From Sphingomonadaceae bacterium (lineage in GTDB: Bacteria > Chloroflexota > UBA6077), in assembly GCA_050261575.1 (NCBI GenBank), contig JBLNDL010000039.1:2136-34135 (forward strand): a stretch of 32,000 nucleotides of DNA, written 5' to 3'. Under the pieces are notes generated by a model. The model was given only the letters and a program-made list of their open reading frames with translations. It was not told the DNA's origin and ran no database searches. Positions 1-8,587 of the stretch are shown here, piece by piece; the stretch's first letter is position 1, and the number at the start of each line of letters is the position of its first letter. A program made the translations under genes and the position numbers.

Positions 1-110
1 GTCAGGCTCGTGGGGGGTTTTCGCCGATCCACGCTGCGAAGGCTTTCAGCCCGTGGCCCTCGCTCTCTGAGTGCGGAGGGACCGACTACTCGTCCCAGTC
101 ATCGCCCTGG

Positions 111-344
111 TTAGACTGTTGGGCCCAGCGGCGCTCGGCCTCGGCCCATCAGGGCGAATATACCATACTCCTGGAAACGGGACAAGCAAGCCACCGAACA
201 GTCTCCAAAGCTGGCTCCGGTGAGCCGGGCGCCGAAGACGCCCGACACCTCGTGCGCAAGACCGACCAGGAGGTCCAACTTGAAGACGCTCACCTGGTGG
301 TCCTCGCGCCCGCTGCGGTGGGACTCTGCCAGCAGCCTTCCCAT
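111..344 (-). CDS. hypothetical 77-aa protein; weak resemblance to part of a VapC/PIN toxin (possibly a truncated remnant)
   Basis: The ORF has G/C-biased third codon positions like its neighbours. The segment GASFGDCSVACLSR..IFAL resembles the G-x-x-[FL]GD...L-A...LLT region of PIN toxins. However, the ORF is too short for a PIN domain, lacks the N-terminal acidic motif and has no well-spaced SD. Confidence 0.3.
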   Translation of the reverse strand: MGRLLAESHRSGREDHQVSVFKLDLLVGLAHEVSGVFGARLTGASFGDCSVACLSRFQEYGIFALMGRGRAPLGPTV

Positions 345-382
345 CTCCCCCAGCCGGCCCTCCAGCCTGGCGGGCGAGTCTT

Positions 383-844
383 CTACACGGTGGTAGCGGC
401 CACCTTCAAGTCGTTGGCCACGAGCTCCGCGCCGCTTGCTCGCCTGGCTATCTCGCTCGCCAGAGCCTTCTCCTCAGGTGTCCGCACTTCTCCCTCCAGG
501 TGGAGAATGCCGCCGATCATGCGAACACCCACCTTCCTCCCCCTTAGGTTCGGCTCGCTCGCGATCGCCGAGCTGACCTTCGAGACCACCATGGAAGCCT
601 CGTACTGGGCAGTGGCCGCGTCAAAGGTCTCGCTGACCTCTTGGAGAGCCGCCATTTGCCGGCCGAACTGGCCCTGCATCCTGGACCGCAGGCTCCTGAT
701 GCCCCGACTGGTGGCATCTAGCAGTTGCCCCGTGCCCTTGGAGAGCTGTTGGCGTGCTCGTGGAGAGGTGAGCGCCAAAGCGGCGACTGCCAGGGCAACC
801 GTTGCACCAAGCCAGGCCAGTAGAGTCGATCTTCTGATTCCCAT
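383..844 (-). CDS. BON domain-containing, membrane-anchored protein
   Basis: Lies within minus ORF 383..967. I chose ATG 844, preceded by GGAG (GGAGCGAGAG-ATG). It has an N-terminal hydrophobic helix (LLAWLGATVALAVAALAL) and a C-terminal BON-like segment (VRMIGGILHLEGEVRTPEEKALASEIARRASGAELVANDLKV). Confidence 0.75.
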   Translation of the reverse strand: MGIRRSTLLAWLGATVALAVAALALTSPRARQQLSKGTGQLLDATSRGIRSLRSRMQGQFGRQMAALQEVSETFDAATAQYEASMVVSKVSSAIASEPNLRGRKVGVRMIGGILHLEGEVRTPEEKALASEIARRASGAELVANDLKVAATTV

Positions 845-947
845 CTCTCGCTCCACTCCGGTGTTGACCTCGAGACGCGACCCCCAACGGTGAGGACCCA
901 CGCTCAGCACGGGTTGTGCCAGGAAGCGCCAAGAGGGAGCCCACCCG

Positions 948-1877
948 TCAGCCGCACTCCACTCCACCCTCGAAGAGCGCGCAGGCCAGACCGCACTTCT
1001 CGTGCTCCAGTTGGACGGTGGTGTGGTTGACCCCGTACTTCTGGCTCAGGATCTGGGAGATCGTCTCCAGAATGGTGGCGGCTTCGCTGATGGCACGGTC
1101 TTCGATCACCACGTGGACGCTCATGGCATGGATCCCGGGGGCGAGACTCCACACGTGGAGATCGTGGGCGTCCATCACGCCGGGCGTGATGCGTATGTCG
1201 TGGAGAACCTTGTCGAGGCTGATGCCGGTAGGAGTCCCCTCCAACAGGATGTTGATGGCCTCGAGGACTATGGACCAGGCGCCGCCGACGATGATCAGGG
1301 CGATCAACACGCTGAGCAGGGGGTCCACGAAGTACCAGCCCGTGTAGAGGATGATCACGCCGCCCACGATGACCGCGGCGGAGGCCAGGACGTCGCCCAA
1401 CACGTGGAGCATGGCGCTGCGGACGTTCAGGTTCTCACCCGGCTCTCGGTGCAGCGAGAGCGCCACGTAGAGGTTCGCAGCCATGCCGACGAGCGCCGCC
1501 AGAAGCATGATGCCGGTATCCACCGGCTCGGGGGACTGGAGCCTCTGAACGGCCTCCCAGGTGATGAAGAGGGAAACCGCCAGCAGCGAGACGGCATTGG
1601 CCAGGGCTGTCAGGATGCCAACCCTGTGATAGCCAAAGGTGCGCCGAGGGGTTGGCGGGCGCATTGCCTGGGCGGATGCGAACCACGCGAGCCCGAGCGC
1701 CAGAACGTCTGTGAATACGTGCCCTGCGTCGCTGAGTAGGGCGAGGCTGTTGGAAAGCAGCCCTCCAGCCACCTCGGTGACCAGGATTGCAGCCGTAATC
1801 GCGAACGCCAGCCGCAACCTGGCGCTGGTCTCGGACAGCGCCTGGTGGGCGTGTCCGCCGTGATCGCCGTGTGCCAT
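948..1877 (-). CDS. czcD: cation diffusion facilitator family metal efflux transporter (CzcD/ZitB-like)
   Basis: Lies within ORF 948..2054. ATG 1877 is preceded by GGGAGG. It has a His-rich N-terminus (MAHGDHGGHAH), six hydrophobic segments and CDF signature-like stretches (SNSLALLSDAGHVFTD, HVLGDVLAS, a C-terminal HDLHVWSL domain). The extreme C-terminus is Cys-rich (CGLACALFEGGVECG). Confidence 0.88.
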   Translation of the reverse strand: MAHGDHGGHAHQALSETSARLRLAFAITAAILVTEVAGGLLSNSLALLSDAGHVFTDVLALGLAWFASAQAMRPPTPRRTFGYHRVGILTALANAVSLLAVSLFITWEAVQRLQSPEPVDTGIMLLAALVGMAANLYVALSLHREPGENLNVRSAMLHVLGDVLASAAVIVGGVIILYTGWYFVDPLLSVLIALIIVGGAWSIVLEAINILLEGTPTGISLDKVLHDIRITPGVMDAHDLHVWSLAPGIHAMSVHVVIEDRAISEAATILETISQILSQKYGVNHTTVQLEHEKCGLACALFEGGVECG

Positions 1878-2157
1878 GATACCTCCCTGGGCCTCTCCGC
1901 GTCCGGGGTGCACAACCCATTCCAGTCCGTGGGGCATGCAACTTGCGCCGCTCCCGGAGGCTACGCAACTGGCGTGGACAGGGCGCTGTTCCTTGGCGTG
2001 GGGCGGCCGCGAGCGAGAGCGGAACCGGATGCCGCCCTCACGCACCCAACACATTCCTAATGCACAGAAGCTAGCGAGGTCCTTGGCTGCCGTGACTGAG
2101 CATCAGGAAGAGCCAAAGGAAGTGGCATCCCCCGAGGAGCAGGGGGGGTCCAGGATC

Positions 2158-2322
2158 ATGGAAGACCAGTCTGTGGAGCGCATGCTGGAGCGCTACCACC
2201 TGGGCCTGCTGACCAAAGAGGAGCTCGACGACTTTCTCCAGTTGCAGCGACACCGCAACGAACTGTTGGAGAAGGCTCTAGAGGCTGGACGAATGCCCGG
2301 GCGGGCCACAGAAGAGAGGTAG
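2158..2322 (+). CDS. hypothetical small helical protein (54 aa; alternative GTG start at 2092)
   Basis: High GC3 coding look (MEDQSVERMLERYHLGLLTKEELDDFLQLQRHRNELLEKALEAG...). The larger ORF 1876..2322 overlaps czcD antisense, so only the 3' part is plausible. No family recognised, apart from a weak SHOCT-like G-L-L-T-x-E-E pattern. Confidence 0.35.
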   Translation: MEDQSVERMLERYHLGLLTKEELDDFLQLQRHRNELLEKALEAGRMPGRATEER

Positions 2323-2586
2323 CCGCTCTGGGCACCGCTCACCGGGGCGAGGCAGGGCCAGCCTGTAGCGCCTGAGTTGGTCTCCGAAGTAGTGCCCGCC
2401 GCAGGCAAGCTGCGGGGCCGCATCGCCCCCGCCGCACGGTGAAGCGCGATGGCACGATCCATGCAGTTCCTCCGTTAGAGCCACGTGCTTGTTGTTGCCG
2501 GTTCTCCACGACCTCCAATGGCTAGCATCGTGCGCCCTAAGTACGAACCTCCCGATGTCGACAAGGATGCGAAAAGGAGTGAACCG

Positions 2587-3177
2587 ATGCAGGAAATCAG
2601 TGCCAAGCCCCTGACCCCGAACCTCTTCGAAATGGATGGCATCTCCAGACGGCAGATCGAGGAGCACTACACCCTATACCAGGGCTACGTGAACAAGACC
2701 AACGAGATCCGGTCGAAGTTGGAGACGGTCGACCTCTCGAAGGCGAACCAGACCTTCAGCGACGTCCGGGAATTGAAGGTGGAGCTGAGCTTCGCGTGGA
2801 ACGGCGTCAAGCTTCACGAGCTTTACTTCGAGAACCTGGGCGGGAAAGGCGGTAGGCCCGAGGGGAAGGTCCTCGCCGCTCTTGAGAGCAGCTACGGCTC
2901 CTTCGACAGGTGGGTCGAGGACCTGAAGGCCTCCGCGATTTCGGCCCGCGGCTGGGTCGTGGCAGCCCTGGATGAGGACGGCAGAATCTACAACTACGTC
3001 GCCGACGCCCACAACAGCTACGGAATCTGGAAGGCGATCCCTCTCTTGGTTCTGGACACCTACGAGCACGCCTACGTGATCGACTATGGCGTGAAGCGGC
3101 CCCCGTACGTCGACGCGTTCCTCAAGAACATCGATTGGGAGCCGGTGGCCCGGCGGCTGGAGAAGGCCGGCGCGTAG
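2587..3177 (+). CDS. Fe/Mn-family superoxide dismutase
   Basis: ATG 2587 is preceded by AAGGAG. Positions matching the four SOD metal ligands are present: H in IEEHYTLYQGYV, H in VKLHELYFENL, and D and H in DTYEHAYVIDY (compare DVWEHAYY). Confidence 0.85.
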   Translation: MQEISAKPLTPNLFEMDGISRRQIEEHYTLYQGYVNKTNEIRSKLETVDLSKANQTFSDVRELKVELSFAWNGVKLHELYFENLGGKGGRPEGKVLAALESSYGSFDRWVEDLKASAISARGWVVAALDEDGRIYNYVADAHNSYGIWKAIPLLVLDTYEHAYVIDYGVKRPPYVDAFLKNIDWEPVARRLEKAGA

Positions 3178-3180
3178 CAG

Positions 3181-3209
3181 TTGACGCGAGGGGGCGACTC
3201 TGGTAGCAT
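3181..3209 (+). promoter_or_regulatory. sigma70-like promoter candidate for tRNA-Val
   Basis: TTGACG (3181..3186), a 17-nt spacer, then TAGCAT (3204..3209) preceded by TGG (extended -10 like). It sits about 20 nt upstream of the tRNA 5' end. Confidence 0.5.
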
Positions 3210-3229
3210 TTGCTTACAGTGTCGTCCCC

Positions 3230-3303
3230 GGGCAAGTAGCTCAGATGGTTAGAGCGCCACGTTGACATCGTGGAGGTCGTAGGTTCGACTCCTATCTTGC
3301 CCA
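3230..3303 (+). tRNA. tRNA-Val, anticodon GAC
   Basis: Folded by hand into a cloverleaf: acceptor GGGCAAG/CTTGCCC, D arm GCTC..GAGC, anticodon stem CCACG/CGTGG with loop TTGACAT (anticodon 3264..3266), and T arm GTAGG-TTCGACT-CCTAT. Discriminator is A and CCA is not encoded. Confidence 0.95.
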
Positions 3304-3320
3304 CTAATCGCGCGTCTCGA

Positions 3321-3352
3321 GCTGCCGGCCGCGTGGCCGGCAGCTTCTTTGT
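3321..3352 (+). terminator. intrinsic terminator after tRNA-Val
   Basis: Perfect 10-bp GC stem GCTGCCGGCC / GGCCGGCAGC with loop GCGT, followed by TTCTTTGT. Confidence 0.8.
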
Positions 3353-3805
3353 CTCCCCCGGGGTCTCCTGCCGATCCGGCACCCCCGCAGCGACCTCGTG
3401 CACCGCCTCGTGCATGACGCCCCTTCCGGCTGTTCGTCACCGTTCGGGCCGCCCGCCTCGTAGCCGCATGCGTCAGCCTGCGCGCCTCGGGGAAAGGCGG
3501 CGCCATCCCGTTCGAGGCTACGCGTACCCATCGAACGGGCGGTGCGCATTGACATCACCGGCTCGACGGTAGGGGCCGTGCCCGAGGCTGAACTCGTTCG
3601 TATCGCGTGCTTGCTCGCCTCACCCCGCGTGTGCGCTCTCGCCGCCCGCCACCAGGTCGGGCGGACACGCAAGTCCACCCCAACAACCGCCCGCGGACTC
3701 CTAGTGCGCCACGCGACGATGTGCATCGGGGTAACGGGGTGCGGCTGCAGGCTCTTCGGACGTCCCAGACTGGCACCCTGACGCAGAGCCCAGCTTCCCG
3801 TCGAG

Positions 3806-3835
3806 TTGCAGGCGGGAAGACCCCTCCGATATAAT
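3806..3835 (+). promoter_or_regulatory. sigma70-like promoter candidate upstream of argC
   Basis: TTGCAG (3806..3811), an 18-nt spacer, then a perfect TATAAT (3830..3835), about 160 nt upstream of the argC ATG. The -35 overlaps a CTTCCCG/CGGGAAG inverted repeat (3794..3819). Confidence 0.4.
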
Positions 3836-3997
3836 CCGCTCAACCGCCCCCTGTGCATCGGGAGTCCGACCACGTTGTCTCGACCCGCCAGGTGATTGGT
3901 GAGTTGGCACCGGCAACCGTACCTCCACTGCTCTGAGGGCAGGTCAACTCCGGTCTGGGTGTCCCGCCGGGGGTGTTTCACGCTCGGGGGTTTGGAG

Positions 3998-5017
3998 ATG
4001 AGGGTTGGCATCGTCAACGTGACGGGGTATGCGGGTGCGGAGCTGGCGCGAATCCTGGCCCGCCACCCGGAGGTTGAGTTGGCGGAGGTGACGGGGCGTA
4101 GTGCGGCAGGGCAGCCCCTGGCCTCGGTCTTTCCCCATCTGGCCCCTTTGGGTCTGACGATCAAGGCGGAGTTGGAGAACGTCGACTTCGCCTTCTCGGC
4201 GCTGCCTCACCATACCTCGGCGGAGGTCATTCCCGGGCTGCTGAAGGATGGCCTTCGCGTGGTGGACATCTCCGGGGACTTCCGCTTGAAGGACCCCGGG
4301 GCGTACTGCCGCTGGTACGGAATAGTGCATCCGGCCCCGGAGCTGCTCCGCGAGGCGGTGTTCGGCCTGCCGGAGCTGCACGGGCCGGAGATCCCATCGG
4401 CACGGCTGGTCGCCAATCCCGGCTGCTATCCCACCAGTGCCATCCTTGGACTTGCCCCCCTCGTGTCGCGATCCGACAGGGAGTTCATCGTGGATTCCAA
4501 GTCGGGCATCTCAGGAGCCGGCCGCACCATGAAGCTGAACGTCAATCACTACTGTGAGGTGAACGAGAGCGTCATGGCCTACGGCCTGGAAGGCCACCGC
4601 CATCAGCCGGAGATCGCCCAGGAGCTGGACGAGGTGCTCTTCCGCGCATGCTCGGAGCGGGGTGTCGAGGTTACTTTCACGCCTCACATCGTGCCCATGA
4701 CACGGGGGATCCTGAGTACCTGCTACGCCAGGATCAAGGAGCAGTTGACCCAGGCGGAGTTGATCGAGCTGTATCGGGAGTTCTACAGAGGGCAGCCCTT
4801 CGTTCAAGTGGTGGACGTTCCACCGCAGAGCAAGCACACTTGGGGCAGCAACCTCTGTGTGATCCACCCTCGGATTCGAGAGAACGGCAGGGTGACCGTC
4901 ATATCCTGCATCGACAACCTGGTGAAGGGCGCCGCGGGGCAGGCCGTCCACAACATGAACCTGATGCTGGGGCTGCGGCCCGACACGGGGCTCGAGGGGC
5001 TGCCGGTCTATCCGTAA
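3998..5017 (+). CDS. argC: N-acetyl-gamma-glutamyl-phosphate reductase
   Basis: ATG 3998 follows GGGGGTTTGGAG. The N-terminus MRVGIVNVTGYAGAEL is a Rossmann motif, and the active-site region ANPGCYPTS carries the catalytic Cys. First gene of an argCJBD order. Confidence 0.95.
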   Translation: MRVGIVNVTGYAGAELARILARHPEVELAEVTGRSAAGQPLASVFPHLAPLGLTIKAELENVDFAFSALPHHTSAEVIPGLLKDGLRVVDISGDFRLKDPGAYCRWYGIVHPAPELLREAVFGLPELHGPEIPSARLVANPGCYPTSAILGLAPLVSRSDREFIVDSKSGISGAGRTMKLNVNHYCEVNESVMAYGLEGHRHQPEIAQELDEVLFRACSERGVEVTFTPHIVPMTRGILSTCYARIKEQLTQAELIELYREFYRGQPFVQVVDVPPQSKHTWGSNLCVIHPRIRENGRVTVISCIDNLVKGAAGQAVHNMNLMLGLRPDTGLEGLPVYP

Positions 5018-5056
5018 CCGAGCAATGAGTAACCAGTGCTGAGTGATGGAGGTCGC

Positions 5057-6283
5057 ATGGGCGGCGGCAAGGCGATGTTCGACTGGATAGATGGAGGGAC
5101 CGTCACCTCCCCCAAGGGCTTCGTGGCAGGCGCGGTCTACGCCGGGCTGAAGACGCCCGGCCCTGACAAGAAGGATGTCGGGGTGATCCTCTCCGAGGTG
5201 CCGTGCACCGTGGCGGGGGTGTTCACCACCAACAAGGTGGCGGCCGCGCCGGTCGTGGTCTCGCGCGAGAGGGTCCGGACGGGGCGAGCCAGGGGGATAG
5301 TGTTCAATGCCGGCAACGCCAATGCCGCCACCGGGGAGTTGGGGCTGCAGCGGGCACGGCAGATGGCGGATCTGGCGGCCGCGAAGTTCGGCGTCCCAGC
5401 GGAGGAGCTGCTGGTGGCATCGACCGGCGTCATCGGGGTGCCCCTCCCGATAGAGAAGGTGCAGGCGGGGATAGAGCGGCTCGTGCTGAGCGCGGAGGGG
5501 GGGCACGATGCCGCCCGGTGCATTATCACCACCGACACCCGGCCCAAGGAGACGGCGGTGGACGTATCGGTGGATGGGGTTCGCTTCCGGCTGGGGGCCA
5601 TCGCCAAGGGCGCCGGAATGATCCATCCCAACATGGCGACCATGTTCTGCTTCGTGACCACCGACGCCGCCGTGGATCCCGCGTTCCTGGATGCGGCTTT
5701 GCGGCGCAGTGTGGACGTCTCCTTCAACATGATCTCCATCGATGGGGACATGAGCACCAACGACACCGTCCTGGTGCTGGCGAACGGACTGGCGGGCAAG
5801 CCGAGCATCGCAGCGGGGACGCCTGAGGCCGAGGCGTTCGAGATGGCGCTGACCGAGGTGTGCGTCCGGATGGCGAAGGCCATAGCGGCCGACGGTGAGG
5901 GAGCGACCCGGCTGATCGAGGTGACGGTGGAGGGCGCAGAGAGCGAGAGGGACGCGCGGCTCGCCGCGCGAGCGGTCGCCGCCTCCAACCTGTTCAAGGC
6001 CGCGGTCTACGGGGGCGATCCCAACTGGGGTCGGATCGCCTGCGCCGCGGGCTACTCGGGGGCGAACCTGGAGGAGGCGAAGCTCGACATAACGATCGCG
6101 GGCTTCCCGGTGCTGCGGCAGGGCAAGGTGTTGGCCTTCGACGCCAAAGCCGCCAGCCAGGCCATCCGCCAGCCCGAGGTCTCCATAGTGGTGAACCTGA
6201 ATCTCGGAGAGCATAGGGCGACGGCCTGGGGCTGTGATCTCACCGAGGAGTACGTGGTCATCAACAGCAAGTACACCACCTGA
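5057..6283 (+). CDS. argJ: bifunctional glutamate N-acetyltransferase / amino-acid acetyltransferase (ornithine acetyltransferase)
   Basis: Typical ArgJ sequence, including the autoprocessing region KGAGMIHPNMATMFCFVTTDA. ATG 5057 is preceded by GGAGG; an alternative ATG lies at 5075. Confidence 0.95.
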   Translation: MGGGKAMFDWIDGGTVTSPKGFVAGAVYAGLKTPGPDKKDVGVILSEVPCTVAGVFTTNKVAAAPVVVSRERVRTGRARGIVFNAGNANAATGELGLQRARQMADLAAAKFGVPAEELLVASTGVIGVPLPIEKVQAGIERLVLSAEGGHDAARCIITTDTRPKETAVDVSVDGVRFRLGAIAKGAGMIHPNMATMFCFVTTDAAVDPAFLDAALRRSVDVSFNMISIDGDMSTNDTVLVLANGLAGKPSIAAGTPEAEAFEMALTEVCVRMAKAIAADGEGATRLIEVTVEGAESERDARLAARAVAASNLFKAAVYGGDPNWGRIACAAGYSGANLEEAKLDITIAGFPVLRQGKVLAFDAKAASQAIRQPEVSIVVNLNLGEHRATAWGCDLTEEYVVINSKYTT

Positions 6284-6322
6284 GTTGTGGCGAATCACAG
6301 CAGGGAGAGTGAAGGACGGCAC

Positions 6323-7159
6323 ATGGAGAAGCCAGAGGGGATCGCGGAGATCCTCATTGAAGCCATACCCTACATCAACCGCTTCGTCGGGAAGACTATC
6401 GTCGTCAAGATGGGCGGAAGCACCATGGGCTCTGGAGAGACGGTGCTGGAGGATGTGGCATCCCTGAAGCGGTTGGGGATCAACGTGGTGCTGGTCCACG
6501 GCGGCGGACCCGAGATCTCCGACTGGATGCGGCGCGTCGACAAGAAGCCCCAGTTTGTGGACGGGCTTAGGGTCACCGACCAGGAGACCCTGGATATCGC
6601 CACGATGGTCCTGCGTGGCAAGGTGAACGCCGAGCTGGTGGCGCGGCTCAACGGCATGGGCATCCCAGCAGTCGGGCTCTGCGGTGCCGATGGCGGCCTG
6701 TTCCAGGCCGTGCAGCGGGACAAGCGGCTGGGGGCCGTGGGGGACATCAGCCGAGTGGACCTGCGCCTGCTCTCTGGCCTCGCCGCTCAGGGCTACCTGC
6801 CAGTGGTTGCGCCGATAGGCCTCGGCGAGGGCGGGCAGCTACTGAACATCAACGGCGACACTGCCGCTGGAGAGCTGTCGGCGGCCCTCTGCGCGGAAAA
6901 GCTGATCTTCTTCACCGACGTACCGGGTATACAGGACAAGGAAGGGAGGCTCCTGACTCAACTGACCGTGGCCGAGGCCGAAGCGCTAATGGCGTCTGGC
7001 GCGGTCACAGGAGGCATGATTCCCAAGGTTCGCGCCTGCTTGAAGGCTTTGACCACCACCGGCCGGACTCACGTGATCGACGGGCGAGTCCCCCACGCGT
7101 TGCTGAGGGAGTTGTTTACCGACTCTGGCATCGGCACTATGATCGTGGTGTCCGCTTGA
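6323..7159 (+). CDS. argB: acetylglutamate kinase
   Basis: The N-terminus EAIPYINRFVGKTIVVKMGGS and VLVHGGGPEI are hallmark amino-acid kinase motifs. ATG 6323 follows GAAGGA; the ORF could start at GTG 6287. Confidence 0.93.
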   Translation: MEKPEGIAEILIEAIPYINRFVGKTIVVKMGGSTMGSGETVLEDVASLKRLGINVVLVHGGGPEISDWMRRVDKKPQFVDGLRVTDQETLDIATMVLRGKVNAELVARLNGMGIPAVGLCGADGGLFQAVQRDKRLGAVGDISRVDLRLLSGLAAQGYLPVVAPIGLGEGGQLLNINGDTAAGELSAALCAEKLIFFTDVPGIQDKEGRLLTQLTVAEAEALMASGAVTGGMIPKVRACLKALTTTGRTHVIDGRVPHALLRELFTDSGIGTMIVVSA

Positions 7160-7184
7160 ACGTAGGGAAGCAGGGAGGTGTGAC

Positions 7185-7316
7185 GTGGCAGTATCCCCCG
7201 TTGTCATGAACGCTCTGAAAAGGGCCGCGCTGGCGGGCCTCATCGCCGCGCTCACCGTTTTCATGGACGAAGTCAGGAGAGCCGAGGAGCGGGAGCGAGG
7301 GAAGAAAGGCAAGTAG
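7185..7316 (+). CDS. candidate 43-codon small ORF between argB and argD
   Basis: Hand-translated (below the ORF-track size cut-off): GTG 7185 lies 6 nt after GGGAGG (7173..7178) and gives (M)AVSPVVMNALKRAALAGLIAALTVFMDEVRRAEERERGKKGK, ending at TAG 7314..7316. It has one hydrophobic helix plus a charged tail. There is no homology evidence. Confidence 0.3.
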   Translation: MAVSPVVMNALKRAALAGLIAALTVFMDEVRRAEERERGKKGK

Positions 7317-7334
7317 GGGATTGGGAGGGTTGTG

Positions 7335-8507
7335 ATGGCCGACTGGCAGCAATTGGAGAAGAGACTGTACATGGGTGTCTTTCGGCGAACGCCCCTGGTG
7401 ATCGTGAAGGGCGAGGGCAGCCGGGTATGGGACGAGAACGGCAGGGCCTATCTGGATCTGGTCGCAGGATGGGCGGTCAATAGCCTGGGACACTGCCACC
7501 CGGTGGTGGTGAACGCGGTGCGCGAGCAGGTGGGGACCCTGATCCAAACCTCTAACCAGTACTACACCCTGCCGCAGTTGGAGTTGGCGCAGTTGCTCGT
7601 CGACAACTCCGCCATGGATCGTGTCTTCTTCTCCAACAGTGGGGCCGAAGCCAACGAGGGGGCGGTGAAGCTGGCCAGGAAGTACGGGAAGACGCGGCTG
7701 GGCGGGGCGTACGAGGTGATCACCACCTTGAAGTCCTTCCACGGTCGAACCCTGGCCATGGTGGCAGCCACCGGCAAGCCGGCCTACCAGAAGGACTTCG
7801 TCCCCTTGCCCGCCGGCTTCGTGAATGTCCCCTACAACGACATCGATGCCATCGTGAAAGCGACCAGCGAGAAGACCTGCGCCGTGCTGCTGGAGCCGAT
7901 TCAGGGGGAAGGTGGGGTGAACATCCCCGACGAGAGCTACCTGGCGGATCTACGGGCATGGTGCAGCGAGCGGAAGCTGTTGCTGATGATGGATGAGATC
8001 CAGACTGGGGTCGCGCGTACCGGCACCTTGTGGGGCTACCAGCAGTTCGGCATTGAGCCGGACGTGATGACGGTGGCGAAGGGCGTGGCTGGCGGCGTAA
8101 CCATCGGTGCCTTCCTCTGCAAAGAGGAGGTAGCCGTGCTGGAGCCCGGCGACCACGGCTCCACCTTCGGTGGCAACCCGCTGTCCTGTGCGGCGGGAGC
8201 GGCGGTGATGCGGTACGTGGTGGAGAACGACCTGCCTGCACACGTGCGGCGAGTTGGCGCCCACCTGATGGATCGGCTGCTGGCGCTGAAGGCCCGGCAT
8301 TCCGAGATCACCGACGTTCGGGGTCGGGGCCTGCTGGCGGCGATAGAGTTCAGCGAGGAGAAGGCTGCGACGGTGCTGGGTCGGTGCCTCGAACGCGGGC
8401 TGCTGATCAACTCCGTGTCGCCGACCATCCTGCGTCTGATGCCGGCGCTTACCATCACCGAGGCCGAGATCGACGAAGCGATGGACATCCTGGAGTCGGC
8501 CCTGTAG
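7335..8507 (+). CDS. argD: acetylornithine aminotransferase (class III PLP aminotransferase)
   Basis: Typical ArgD sequence (GWAVNSLGHCHP, FFSNSGAEANEGA, MDEIQTGVARTG, and TVAKGVAGG containing the PLP lysine). ATG 7335 (or GTG 7332) follows GGGAGGG. Confidence 0.93.
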   Translation: MADWQQLEKRLYMGVFRRTPLVIVKGEGSRVWDENGRAYLDLVAGWAVNSLGHCHPVVVNAVREQVGTLIQTSNQYYTLPQLELAQLLVDNSAMDRVFFSNSGAEANEGAVKLARKYGKTRLGGAYEVITTLKSFHGRTLAMVAATGKPAYQKDFVPLPAGFVNVPYNDIDAIVKATSEKTCAVLLEPIQGEGGVNIPDESYLADLRAWCSERKLLLMMDEIQTGVARTGTLWGYQQFGIEPDVMTVAKGVAGGVTIGAFLCKEEVAVLEPGDHGSTFGGNPLSCAAGAAVMRYVVENDLPAHVRRVGAHLMDRLLALKARHSEITDVRGRGLLAAIEFSEEKAATVLGRCLERGLLINSVSPTILRLMPALTITEAEIDEAMDILESAL

Positions 8508-8509
8508 GA

Positions 8510-8577
8510 GGACCAGGGACTGAGGGCCGAGGACTGCAGGGACTTCACTCGGTTCTCAGTCCCCGGTCCGCAGTCCT
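8510..8577. terminator. GC-rich stem-loop between convergent argD and the minus-strand operon (terminator-like)
   Basis: GGACCAGGGACTGAG (8510..8524) pairs with CTCAGTCCCCGGTCC (8555..8569) with one mismatch. An alternative pairing is AGGACTGC (8530..8537) with GCAGTCCT (8570..8577). No clear U-tract. Confidence 0.4.
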
Positions 8578-8587
8578 GTGCGTCTCC

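Noticed and set aside
3353-3997. An integrase or mobile element inserted at tRNA-Val, ARG-box operators, a Arg-rich leader peptide, or a known riboswitch (ZTP, guanidine or cobalamin-like fragments).
   Set aside because: - No integrase-like ORF and no direct repeat of the tRNA 3' end are present.
- No AT-rich ARG-box palindrome is present.
- The only leader-like mini-ORF is not Arg-rich.
- Resemblances to riboswitch cores were limited to a few nucleotides.
3304-4164. A 286-aa minus-strand ORF spanning the spacer after tRNA-Val.
   Set aside because: It runs through the tRNA terminator and into the argC start. It is Arg-rich and its third-position GC bias is weaker than in real genes here. I treated the interval as non-coding.
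4511-6499. A 662-aa minus-strand ORF.
   Set aside because: It is antisense to argC and argJ, which have unambiguous family motifs. Its low-complexity His/Arg/Gly/Pro composition marks it as a shadow ORF.
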